A stretch of DNA of 22,507 bases, the filler included, from an uncultured Methanosarcinales archaeon (GTDB lineage: Archaea; Nanobdellota; Nanobdellia; Woesearchaeales; CAZKBD01), in NCBI GenBank assembly GCA_964550945.1. It is 12 parts of 12 records of this genome, joined end to end, with 100 filler letters (N's around TTAATTAATTAA, not from the genome) between each part and the next. Parts side by side here need not be neighbours in the genome. Positions count along the whole stretch, not along the records: positions 6,354 to 8,324 come from CAZKBD010000166.1; positions 8,425 to 10,332 come from CAZKBD010000167.1; positions 10,433 to 12,338 come from CAZKBD010000168.1; positions 12,439 to 14,164 come from CAZKBD010000170.1; positions 14,265 to 15,920 come from CAZKBD010000173.1; 7 more parts are not named here. One strand, given 5' to 3'. The position numbers and the translations under genes are program-made. The notes beneath the pieces were generated by a model that saw only the letters and a list, made by a program, of their open reading frames with translations, did no database searches and had not been told where the DNA came from. The stretch's first letter is position 1, and each line of letters begins with the position of its first letter. This document shows, piece after piece, positions 7,792 through 16,020 of the stretch.

Positions 7792-8324
7792 ATGAATGAT
7801 CGATGGAAAACATCAGAGATAAATATTCTGAATAAAAATAAAGATAAATCCATAGATGAATTATCCAACTTATTACCTAATCGAAGCGAATCAGCTATTC
7901 GTTCTCGTATGACTAAATTAGCACTTGAATCTAAAGGCAAATTTCGAATTACGACCAAGAAGATAATATTTGCTATTTTAAGTTTATTATATAGTGTAGG
8001 ATTGATATTTTTAGGGATATATATTGAAAAAGCCTCTATTGAACCACATGCTAATGTCGTTTTTTATCCTTATGTGAACGATAGTTCATATTTACCAATT
8101 ATGATAAATAACGGAGCAAAACCAATAACCCAGGTTAGTCTAGATGTAAAAACGTGTCATATGAAAGATTTTGAAAAGTTTCCAATACCTAATTTAATCG
8201 AAAATCAGGAATACCCTATAAATTTGAAAGATGACGAAACAATTTACGCATTAGGTAAGATACTAGAAAATAAAACGAAATATTGGCATCGCCTATCCCA
8301 ACCGCAGCAAGCTGCGGGGTATTA
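7792..8324 (+). CDS. Membrane protein with an N-terminal Myb/SANT-like domain; truncated by the hairpin element and contig end
   Basis: RWKTSEINIL...SIDELSNLLPNRSESAIRSRMTKL, then the TM segment IIFAILSLLYSVGLIFLGIYI. The last codons run into the repeat at 8301-8324. Confidence 0.7.
8301..8324 (+). repeat. Hairpin repeat ACCGCAGCAAGCTGCGGGGTATTA, copy 2
   Basis: Identical to 2172-2195 and forms the extreme end of the contig. Confidence 0.85.
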
Positions 8325-8424
8325 NNNNNNNNNNNNNNNNNNNNNNNNNNNNNNNNNNNNNNNNNNNNTTAATTAATTAANNNNNNNNNNNNNNNNNNNN
8401 NNNNNNNNNNNNNNNNNNNNNNNN

Positions 8425-8766
8425 ATGCCTGTCCGCTATCGCTTTTTGATTGCGGTGATTATAGAGGCAGTCTGGGAAATCATGGAGAACTCACCCCTAA
8501 TAATTGACCGTTACCGCGCAGTAACCATCTCGCTTGGATATGTGGGTGACAGTGTTATCAACTCTCTGAGCGACATTCTCATGATGATTATTGGGTTCCT
8601 GTTGGCTGCGCGCTGGAAGGTGTGGATGAGCGTGGCTTTAGTGATTTTTATTGAATTAATCTTATTGCTATTGATGAAAGATAATTTAACGCTCAATATT
8701 GTCATGCTGGTTTATCCCATTGAAGCAATTAAATCCTGGCAAATGGCTGGGCATGTAATTCCTTAA
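8425..8766 (+). CDS. DUF2585 (UPF0314) family membrane protein, C-terminal part (partial)
   Basis: WEIMENSPLIIDRYR...GYVGDSVINSLSDI and DNLTLNIVMLVYP...IKSWQ motifs; begins at the contig edge. Confidence 0.85.
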   Translation: MPVRYRFLIAVIIEAVWEIMENSPLIIDRYRAVTISLGYVGDSVINSLSDILMMIIGFLLAARWKVWMSVALVIFIELILLLLMKDNLTLNIVMLVYPIEAIKSWQMAGHVIP

Positions 8767-8780
8767 ATATTAGAAAAAAA

Positions 8781-8911
8781 TGGGGCTGCCGTGAATTTCG
8801 ATGCAAAGCGTTGGCGCTCTGACATTTCGAACACGGGCCACGTGGCTTTTCATAACCCCAATTTTAAGGTTGTCCCGAACCACGAATTCTACCTAGCTAT
8901 ACTACAGCCCC
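8781..8911 (-). tRNA. tRNA-Pro(CGG) with two introns (37/38: 8847-8873, 27 nt; 59/60: 8795-8825, 31 nt)
   Basis: Acceptor GGGGCTG/CAGCCCC+A, anticodon stem CGTGG/CCACG with CGG at 8875-8877, T arm CCGTG-TTCGAAT-CACGG after splicing. Mature length is 73 nt, both introns form relaxed BHB motifs, and a T-run follows the 3' end. Confidence 0.9.
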
Positions 8912-9131
8912 TACTTGAATGGGAAATATATATTTTTAAGGTATTCTTTCCCATCGTTATCCGCTTAGAAGGGGTTATAATAAAAAGGTTTCTTTTGCAG
9001 GGGAATGCCCCATTATTCAAGTTCGTTGAAATTTTGGCAAATAAAAAACATTGTAACAACCCTAATTCATTTTCAGATACTGTATAATTAACGTGATATT
9101 TATATAGTAGTTAATTCTTTAAAGCTTTGAG

Positions 9132-9491
9132 GTGATGTTTATGGTATCTTTTAATTGTTCAAACTGTAAATCATCAGATGTTGTCAAGCGTGGAAAAAGA
9201 TACAATCAGTCTGGCCCAAAACAACTTTATCGATGCAATGATTGTCGCTCAACTTTTGTTGAGCCCGATGGCTTTGAACGCATGCGCCATAATAAAGAAG
9301 ATGTTGCCCGAGCTGTTCATATGCACAATGACGGAATGTCTTTGTTTAAAACACAATATCATCTTTGGCAGCATGATGCTGTCAAAGTTACAAGAAAAAC
9401 TATTAGCGATTGGACTAAAAAATATTCAAATTTTTTAAAATCCGCTTCACTTGTCCGTAAAGCCAAAGCTAAAAGGAAGGCAGCATTTTGA
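9132..9491 (+). CDS. Transposase N-terminal part (zinc ribbon + HTH)
   Basis: CSNC...VVKRG...QLYRCNDC zinc ribbon; GMSL...VTRKTISDW HTH. Confidence 0.8.
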   Translation: MMFMVSFNCSNCKSSDVVKRGKRYNQSGPKQLYRCNDCRSTFVEPDGFERMRHNKEDVARAVHMHNDGMSLFKTQYHLWQHDAVKVTRKTISDWTKKYSNFLKSASLVRKAKAKRKAAF

Positions 9492-10077
9492 TGAAAAATA
9501 TGTTAAGGTAAATGGTGAAGATAATTATGATTTAAACTGCATAGACCATATCACAAAATATGTAAGTGCCCATCTTTTCGTCGAGAAAAGAACTATTCAA
9601 AAATGCAAAGCATTTTTAGGTCAGATAAAGATTACTTGCTACGAGCAGATTCTTGAAAGATACTTTCAAGAAAAACACAAACCAAAAAAGAGAAGAAAAC
9701 TTATTACTTTTGTTTGTGATAAGTTTTGTAATTATAAATCTTCTTGGTCAACATTGTTTGGAAGAGTTGCCAAATTAAGATTTGGCATCCCAATCAAAGC
9801 AAAAAGGAACGGGTTAAAGTACAACAATAATCATATAGAAAGGTACAATGGCAAAATTAAAGATAGAATTAAAACAATGCGAGGTGGATTTGGCAGCTTT
9901 GAAGGTGCAAGGGATTTCATGAATTTAAATCATATTATTCATAACTTTGTGAATCCGCATCAGCAACTTAAAGGAAAAACTCCAGCAGAAGCTGCTGAGA
10001 TTATTCTTCCATTAAAAAGAAATAGGTTATTGAATCTCATAAAATATGTGAGATTAAATCATATCACGAAAAGGTGA
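9439..10077 (+). CDS. Transposase DDE domain (IS6/IS240-like), +1 frame relative to the N-terminal ORF
   Basis: HFDEKYVKVNG, FVCDK, NNNHIERYNGKIKDR and HNFVNPHQQLKGKTPAE. Confidence 0.8.
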   Translation, partial: NPLHLSVKPKLKGRQHFDEKYVKVNGEDNYDLNCIDHITKYVSAHLFVEKRTIQKCKAFLGQIKITCYEQILERYFQEKHKPKKRRKLITFVCDKFCNYKSSWSTLFGRVAKLRFGIPIKAKRNGLKYNNNHIERYNGKIKDRIKTMRGGFGSFEGARDFMNLNHIIHNFVNPHQQLKGKTPAEAAEIILPLKRNRLLNLIKYVRLNHITKR

Positions 10078-10109
10078 CAGTATCAGTATTCAATTAAATT
10101 TATAAAGCC

Positions 10110-10331
10110 CTAAACAGTCACCAGCACATTGGAATTCCCGCAGTAGAAATAGCTTCTCACATTTTCTAAATTTAAAATCCTTTTTATCCTCTTCAGCTGC
10201 TTTCTTGCCTTCACAATCCTGTAAGAGCACTTGACTTCGTACAAATCCAGGCGGTTGCCCTTCTTCGCCACAATGTCAATTTTCCCAAGAGAGCGCTTCG
10301 AATGCCTAAGAAGGACATTAGTAGATATAGA
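10110..10331 (-). CDS. PD-(D/E)xK nuclease-like small protein, C-terminal part (partial)
   Basis: Not in the ORF track: ...SLGKIDIVAKKGNRLDLYEVKCSY..., an ID-x11-EVK motif. Confidence 0.65.
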   Translation of the reverse strand, partial: SISTNVLLRHSKRSLGKIDIVAKKGNRLDLYEVKCSYRIVKARKQLKRIKRILNLENVRSYFYCGNSNVLVTV

Positions 10332-10432
10332 ANNNNNNNNNNNNNNNNNNNNNNNNNNNNNNNNNNNNNNNNNNNNTTAATTAATTAANNNNNNNNNNNN
10401 NNNNNNNNNNNNNNNNNNNNNNNNNNNNNNNN

Positions 10433-10487
10433 GAACTATAGCAGCTATTATTATCACATTTAATGGCAAGCCTTGTCCTTTTTTCAT
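10433..10487 (-). CDS. Second pilin-like protein, N-terminus only (partial)
   Basis: MKKGQGLPLNVIIIAAIV; 55 bp identical to 10734-10788, with the same AGAGGTGTATA RBS. Confidence 0.85.
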
Positions 10488-10500
10488 TTTATACACCTCT

Positions 10501-10788
10501 TTATGCGGTACAACAACACCCCTTGGTATATTTAGTACCATCCTGTTTTACATAGTCTGTTCCCAAAAAATATTTTGCCTCTCCTACACAATTTGTCTTT
10601 GTTTCGTCACTGGGTGTTCCACTATACCCAATAGCTTTACAAGCTGGTTCACATTTTTCAGCTTTAACTAAACCTGTGCTGAACTTTCCCATCCTTCCTG
10701 TAAATATTGCCCATAGAACAACCAAGACAATTAGAACTATAGCAGCTATTATTATCACATTTAATGGCAAGCCTTGTCCTTTTTTCAT
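10501..10788 (-). CDS. Archaeal type IV pilin-like protein (class III signal peptide, Cys-rich C-terminus)
   Basis: MKKG|Q cleavage motif, hydrophobic helix, six Cys ending in GCCCTA. Confidence 0.85.
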   Translation of the reverse strand: MKKGQGLPLNVIIIAAIVLIVLVVLWAIFTGRMGKFSTGLVKAEKCEPACKAIGYSGTPSDETKTNCVGEAKYFLGTDYVKQDGTKYTKGCCCTA

Positions 10789-10865
10789 AAATATACACCT
10801 CTTTATTTATTATTTAATCTATTTATAATCCATCTTTGGATTATGTTATATTTAAACTTTGCGTT

Positions 10866-11939
10866 TTAAAGGCCCCATAGAAATCCTCTCCGCCAATAAA
10901 TAGGTTCTATCTCAGAAATTAACTTTTTTGTTATTATCGCTGTATTTTCCACTAATAAAACAACAAGCAAAAAAATATTTCCTTTAATTTTATCAAAACG
11001 ATAGGTAGCATACATGATATACCTAAACAAAAGTTCCTTATTTTGCATTCTCCAGTCTAATGCGTAAACACTTTCTCCCATTAACTGCTTCACCACATAA
11101 TTTACAGTCTCGTTCTTTGAGCGCTGATGATACTTCTTTTTGCTATAGCCTCTTTTCATTTCCTTCCTATACCTGCCTTGAGTTCTCCAAATGGGAACTT
11201 TTTCATTCCTTGCAGGAATTATAGACAAAGCATTCATTTCTTCCCTTATGAACTCATGCACATGCTCAGCATCGTAGCCCATATCTAAAGGAATTTCCTT
11301 GAATGGCTTCCCGCATTTCATAGCTTTCTTGGCTACAGGCTCAAAATAAGGCGACTCATTGCCAGACCTTCTGCTAAATCCAACAGCAATTGGAATTTGC
11401 TTCCTTAGTTCAACAAAAGGAAAAACCTTGATAAATCGTCGGACTTTACGCTTTTTCTTGGGCCTTCCTCTTTTCTTCTTTTTGTTTTTTCTTTTGAAGT
11501 AATCAAGCCTATAAACATAGTATACGCTTGCCCTGTTTGGCTTGTTTCCTGTGCCATCTACCCCCCCAATAATCTTTTTAATTCCTGTTCTGGCTAAAGC
11601 CATAGCCAGAACTAAATCTAAGATAGTTTGTTTTATTCTTTGGGCAAATTTATCAAGAGCAGTAAAGTGAGGTATACTCTTCAGCTTTAGAAATTCTATA
11701 AGGTGTGGCTTGTCAGGCAGGTCTTTTACAAATCTTTCATATCCTTTTTGTTCATACTGCCTTATACACTGCAGTGTTGCATGTTGATAGTTATCATAAA
11801 TCTTGTTTGAGAATTTGCTATTGTGCTTCTTTATACCTGCTCTTTTGCATAACTCTGTTATTCTTTTCGCAGATTTTATATATTGGGTTTCGTTTTGTTC
11901 TTTTGTAAACATTGTAGGGTGCTCCCCACCCAATGTCAT
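10866..11939 (-). CDS. IS5-family DDE transposase
   Basis: IPHFTALDKF, GGVDGTG, LDMGYDAE, IIPAR and YHQRSKNETV (Y-x2-R-x3-E). Confidence 0.9.
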   Translation of the reverse strand: MTLGGEHPTMFTKEQNETQYIKSAKRITELCKRAGIKKHNSKFSNKIYDNYQHATLQCIRQYEQKGYERFVKDLPDKPHLIEFLKLKSIPHFTALDKFAQRIKQTILDLVLAMALARTGIKKIIGGVDGTGNKPNRASVYYVYRLDYFKRKNKKKKRGRPKKKRKVRRFIKVFPFVELRKQIPIAVGFSRRSGNESPYFEPVAKKAMKCGKPFKEIPLDMGYDAEHVHEFIREEMNALSIIPARNEKVPIWRTQGRYRKEMKRGYSKKKYHQRSKNETVNYVVKQLMGESVYALDWRMQNKELLFRYIMYATYRFDKIKGNIFLLVVLLVENTAIITKKLISEIEPIYWRRGFLWGL

Positions 11940-11968
11940 TAAGTTAGTAAATGAGTTTCATCCATATC
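10871..11968 (-). mobile_element. IS5-family element (boundaries uncertain)
   Basis: The downstream end GGCCCCATAGAAA (10871) overlaps the end of the ORF. The candidate upstream end GATATGGATGAAA (11968-11956) matches only weakly. Confidence 0.5.
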
Positions 11969-12123
11969 ATACTAAATCATTCCATAATTTTTAAGATAAT
12001 GCAACAAATATGCTCATTTAACATTTTAATATTGTTATTTACAACTACTACCGATTATTTTTTTATAAAAAATAAACGAATATAAGTAAGAGAATTCTCT
12101 CAATTTAACAAAGAGAAAAATAA

Positions 12124-12336
12124 CTAAACCGCTTTTTTGCCGTTCATATGATATTTTAATCGAGTCTTATGAAAAATTCTTGGGAACTTTCTGTTTTTTC
12201 TTATAGGCACAGGTTCTATTTTAAACAACTGTTTTAGTTCTTCCATATATTTAGGATTGTTGCTAGTAAGTATTTCTACTATTCTATTTTTCATAAAGCC
12301 AAGAGACAAATTTCTATTAACCTTATACTCGTATTC
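12124..12336 (-). CDS. IS4-family transposase C-terminus (partial)
   Basis: EYEYKVNRNLSLGFMK...VPIRKNRKFPR...KYHMN tail; frame open to the contig edge; candidate terminal repeat GAATTCTCTCAATTTAA at 12092-12108. Confidence 0.7.
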   Translation of the reverse strand, partial: EYEYKVNRNLSLGFMKNRIVEILTSNNPKYMEELKQLFKIEPVPIRKNRKFPRIFHKTRLKYHMNGKKAV

Positions 12337-12494
12337 AGNNNNNNNNNNNNNNNNNNNNNNNNNNNNNNNNNNNNNNNNNNNNTTAATTAATTAANNNNNN
12401 NNNNNNNNNNNNNNNNNNNNNNNNNNNNNNNNNNNNNNAATTGAAGAATGTGAAAGTAAATGAAAACGAGATTGTATAACAAGAAGGAGGTTAA

Positions 12495-13259
12495 ATGAAA
12501 ATGAGAATGAAAGTGAGTACGCTAAAAGCAATTCTAGCTTTGTTGGTATTGGCTATAATGGCAGCTATGGCAATAGCAGCACCTTATGGACCTGATACAA
12601 TTAGTAGAGATAACGACCAAAGAAGAACAAATTTTGATGGTGGTGTCAAACAAATAGAAGCACAAGCAGGAAATGTTACACAGTTGACAATAAACACAAC
12701 AATTTTGACAGAAAGATGGCAGGGTTACTATGGAAATATTAGTGGTAAAGTAACATTAGATGATGCAAACGGCTATACTATGTATGATTGGTCGGCTGGT
12801 TCAGGATTTGCGCCAGTTGGAGAGATATATGCAGCAAACCAAAGCATCTCGAGTTGGGGTGATGTAGTTTGTTTGAATCTTACAGGTAATGGTGTAGTAG
12901 GCCAAGACGGTCCAAACACAACAATATTAGAGACAATGTATGGAATGGATGTTGATGATGCAGATGGTGTTGATGAAACATTCACTGGAACAAAAGACAT
13001 AGTAATAGGAACAACAACATTAACAAGCTGCCCAGCAACAAACATGTATGTAAATAATGTATCCCAGAGCGCCCTTTGGAATGAAACGTTGCTGTTGGAG
13101 AACAACACTGCGGTGTCTACAGTGATATTTGCAGCACAAACTGAGCAAAATGCTAATGGATTCAATAATCAAACATGGGACTTCCAAATGATTGTTGGAG
13201 ATAACGGTGAGGATGCTATTGCAACAACAACCTACTACTTTTATGTAGAGCTGGCATAA
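12495..13259 (+). CDS. Secreted beta-rich surface protein (DPANN-type, function unknown)
   Basis: Signal peptide, GGAGG RBS, AGNVT...WQGYYGNISG...YDW...GEIYA motifs, C-terminal TYYFYVELA and many N-x-S/T sequons. Confidence 0.8.
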   Translation: MKMRMKVSTLKAILALLVLAIMAAMAIAAPYGPDTISRDNDQRRTNFDGGVKQIEAQAGNVTQLTINTTILTERWQGYYGNISGKVTLDDANGYTMYDWSAGSGFAPVGEIYAANQSISSWGDVVCLNLTGNGVVGQDGPNTTILETMYGMDVDDADGVDETFTGTKDIVIGTTTLTSCPATNMYVNNVSQSALWNETLLLENNTAVSTVIFAAQTEQNANGFNNQTWDFQMIVGDNGEDAIATTTYYFYVELA

Positions 13260-13282
13260 AAACAAAAAATTTGTTTTTTTTT
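13258..13282 (+). terminator. Possible terminator
   Basis: AAAACAAA-AAA-TTTGTTTT hairpin ending in a T-run immediately after the stop codon. Confidence 0.45.
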
Positions 13283-13291
13283 AATTTTTAA

Positions 13292-14164
13292 ATGAAAACA
13301 AGTGGAAATATGATAGAAGACAATCGTAAAATCTTAATTGGGATGTTATGTATATTAATTTTAATAGGGATAGTTATAGGAATAACATTTGAGGCTTTTG
13401 AGGTTACCGGGGTAAATAATGATACAGTGACTACAAGGGTGAATATAACAAACACAGAGCCTAATTTATATAATGTGTTTGTCGTATCGCCACCTATTGA
13501 TTTGGTAGCAGGAAACACAACAATAGTAAATTGCACAGGAGAAATAGAAGACATCAATGGATGGAGCGACATTACAAAGGTAAATGCAACTGTATATGAT
13601 ATAACTCAAGGGCATAATCCGAATCCAACAACAGCCGACAATAATTATAGATACTTTAACACAAGTTGCAATTGTACATCAATTTCAGCTAACAATGCTT
13701 CATGTCCGTGTCTTTTTGCAGTTCAGTATTTCGCAAATAATGGAACATGGCAGTGCAACATGACAATAGCAGACTCTTTTGGTTTATCAGATAGTATGAA
13801 TTCTAGCACTTTTACAATAAACACAGTAATTGGAATAGGCGTTCCAAATGAAGTAGATTATGGCGATATGTCTGTTACAGAAACATCTGCCTATATTCCA
13901 GGCAATATAACTAATTTTGGAAATGTTCCTATCAACATCAGTGTGAGGGGATGGGGTGGGACTGAGTCTTATAGCGCAGCTTATAATGATACAAGTATGA
14001 TATGTGAGACGGGCAATATATCTATTTACTATGAAAGATACGCAATAAATACAAGCATAGCTTATGAAAACATGACAAATCTAACTAATACCTCAACAGG
14101 AATTCCTAATTTTGATTTGTCTATAAGAACTAATGATACAAATTATGGTAATGACACTAATACA
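13292..14164 (+). CDS. Membrane-anchored or secreted Cys/Asn/Thr-rich surface protein (partial)
   Basis: N-terminal hydrophobic helix, beta-rich body, dense N-x-S/T sequons; runs off the contig. Confidence 0.8.
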
Positions 14165-14264
14165 NNNNNNNNNNNNNNNNNNNNNNNNNNNNNNNNNNNN
14201 NNNNNNNNTTAATTAATTAANNNNNNNNNNNNNNNNNNNNNNNNNNNNNNNNNNNNNNNNNNNN

Positions 14265-14777
14265 AGCATATCCAAATCCATGAAAATGGACTACAAAAAT
14301 GTTTATTCTATCATTAAAAGACTGGAAAAGGGATCATTGGTAAAGATTGAAACATTTGGGCAGTCAAGCAGGGTAAAACTTAATGCTATAGTTCATCCTC
14401 TTGTTTTTGAAGCGGAATTTGAGCGCAGAAAAGATATTTTAAAGGATAAGAACCTTGCAGTCATGCTCAGCAGCTTCAAGAGGGCAATAAAATCAAAATT
14501 GTATGTTTTGCTGCTGTTCGGCTCATATGCAAAGAGAACACAAACAAAGAGTTCTGATATTGACTTAATAGTTATATGCCCTGACGGGCTTGAAGATGCA
14601 TTTGAAAAAGATATTAATAGGACAGCTCGTTCCATGCCTCTGCCTTTGCACCCATTAGTTTTTTCGGAAAGCCAGTTTATTGAAATGGCTAATGCAAAAG
14701 AGCCAAATGTCGGACAGGAAGCTTTAAAAAATAATGTAATTTTATATGGGATAGAGCAGTATTACGAGATGGTTTGA
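14265..14777 (+). CDS. HTH + minimal nucleotidyltransferase (MNT), antitoxin-like (5' partial)
   Basis: LLFGSYAK...SSDIDL motif (GS-x10-DxD); wHTH remnant at the N-terminus; frame open from the contig edge. Confidence 0.85.
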   Translation, partial: SISKSMKMDYKNVYSIIKRLEKGSLVKIETFGQSSRVKLNAIVHPLVFEAEFERRKDILKDKNLAVMLSSFKRAIKSKLYVLLLFGSYAKRTQTKSSDIDLIVICPDGLEDAFEKDINRTARSMPLPLHPLVFSESQFIEMANAKEPNVGQEALKNNVILYGIEQYYEMV

Positions 14778-15335
14778 ATGATAGACGCAAAACAGAAAAA
14801 AGAAGCCAAACAGAATTTTGACAAATATCTGCAAGATGGTTTGCTCAAAAAAGAGAAGAACGAAACAGCAAGGCAAATGTATATAAAAAATGCAGAGCAG
14901 TCATTGAATCTTGCTGAAGAGTGCATGATTAGCCCTCTCCGGCCGCATTTGTGGATTGTTGTCATTTCCTATTATTCAATGTTTTATATTGCAAATGCTG
15001 TTTTATTGCAGCTCGGCTATAAGACTGGCTCAAAGATAGTCCATAAAGTAACAAGTGATGCTCTGATTGTGCTTGTGATGGACAAGATAAGGAAGGGGCT
15101 GCTTGAAGAATATGAAGATGCAAAAGAAGATGCCTTGGAGATAGCTTCTGTCAAATCAGAAGAGATTATAGGCTTTTATTCAATGGAAATGGACAAGCGC
15201 TCAAGATTCCAGTATAATATGACTGAAACAATACAGGAGCAGAAGGCAGGCACTTCGCTCAAGAGAGCAAGAGAGTTCATGCTTGAGATGAAAAAATTGC
15301 TGCCTGAATTCAAAAGAGGTGATTATGATGAATGA
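14778..15335 (+). CDS. HEPN domain protein (partner of MNT)
   Basis: SYYSMFYIANAVL, KIVH and R-x4-Y (RSRFQY); starts immediately after the MNT stop. Confidence 0.85.
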   Translation: MIDAKQKKEAKQNFDKYLQDGLLKKEKNETARQMYIKNAEQSLNLAEECMISPLRPHLWIVVISYYSMFYIANAVLLQLGYKTGSKIVHKVTSDALIVLVMDKIRKGLLEEYEDAKEDALEIASVKSEEIIGFYSMEMDKRSRFQYNMTETIQEQKAGTSLKRAREFMLEMKKLLPEFKRGDYDE

Positions 15336-15609
15336 ATTATTTTTAGCTGGATTGTTAGGAGGGGTCGGAGGCTTAACAAGAGGCGTTGTTGGCCTATTGA
15401 AAGCGTTGGCTTTGAAAAGAAAGATACTTTGGAGCTATTGGGCTATTACTGTAACAATTGCTATGATTATCGGAGTTTTTACTGGCATAGTATTCAATTT
15501 TGATCCTAGATTGAGCCTGCTGGCTGGATATGCTGGAACTGATATATTGGAAGGAATCTATAAATCTTTTAAGACTGAGAAGGTTATGGTTGTGACGGGT
15601 AAGAAGTAA
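15325..15609 (+). CDS. Small Gly-rich membrane protein
   Basis: Two to three hydrophobic segments, GAGGTGA RBS, overlaps the end of the HEPN gene. Confidence 0.75.
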   Translation: MMNELFLAGLLGGVGGLTRGVVGLLKALALKRKILWSYWAITVTIAMIIGVFTGIVFNFDPRLSLLAGYAGTDILEGIYKSFKTEKVMVVTGKK

Positions 15610-15681
15610 AGATACTCTTTCTTTTATTTTTTAAGTAATATTTATAAGTATGTGCATATATTTCCAATTAGGTTGGGTGGA

Positions 15682-15831
15682 ATGGTAACAAAAAACATCA
15701 CTTTGAAAGTAAAAGCTGAACTTTACGATAAGTATAGGGAAATCTGTAAAAAAGAGGGCTGGATTGTATCTCGCCAGTTTGAGAAGTGCATGGAAGCAGA
15801 GTTAGAGAAGAGAGGGCAAGGAAATGAGTAA
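15682..15831 (+). CDS. Ribbon-helix-helix-like small DNA-binding protein, 49 aa
   Basis: Not in the ORF track: MVTKNITLKVKAELYDKYREICKKEGWIVSRQFEKCMEAEL; TATA-like TTTATAAG at 15641. Confidence 0.7.
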   Translation: MVTKNITLKVKAELYDKYREICKKEGWIVSRQFEKCMEAELEKRGQGNE

Positions 15832-15920
15832 TTTTCAGGAAAAAGTAACTTTTATCTGGGATTTAGCAGATTTACTAAGGGGAGTGTATAAAAGAAATGA
15901 ATATCAAAAAGTAATCCTCC
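15824..15920 (+). CDS. hsdM: Type I restriction-modification M subunit, N-terminus (partial)
   Basis: MSNFQEKVTFIWDLADLLRGVYKRNEYQKVIL matches the HsdM_N pattern IW-x2-AD-x-LRG...Y-x2-VILP. Confidence 0.85.
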
Positions 15921-16020
15921 NNNNNNNNNNNNNNNNNNNNNNNNNNNNNNNNNNNNNNNNNNNNTTAATTAATTAANNNNNNNNNNNNNNNNNNNNNNNN
16001 NNNNNNNNNNNNNNNNNNNN

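Larger units (their letters stand above)
9076..10084 (+). mobile_element. IS6-like insertion sequence, 1009 bp
   Basis: Imperfect TIRs GATACTGT-N8-CGTGATAT at 9076-9099 and, inverted, at 10061-10084 enclose zinc-ribbon/HTH and DDE ORFs. Confidence 0.8.

Noticed and set aside
2160..8324. Joining the end of contig 4 to the start of contig 2 through the shared 24-mer
   Set aside because: The bases upstream of the two copies differ, so they are separate copies rather than an overlap.
8791..9087. 98-aa ORF on the plus strand
   Set aside because: It overlaps the intron-containing tRNA on the opposite strand and the IS left end; no protein motif.
9178..9438. 86-aa ORF within the IS6-like element
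   Set aside because: It is an alternative frame of the zinc-ribbon/HTH ORF with no motif.
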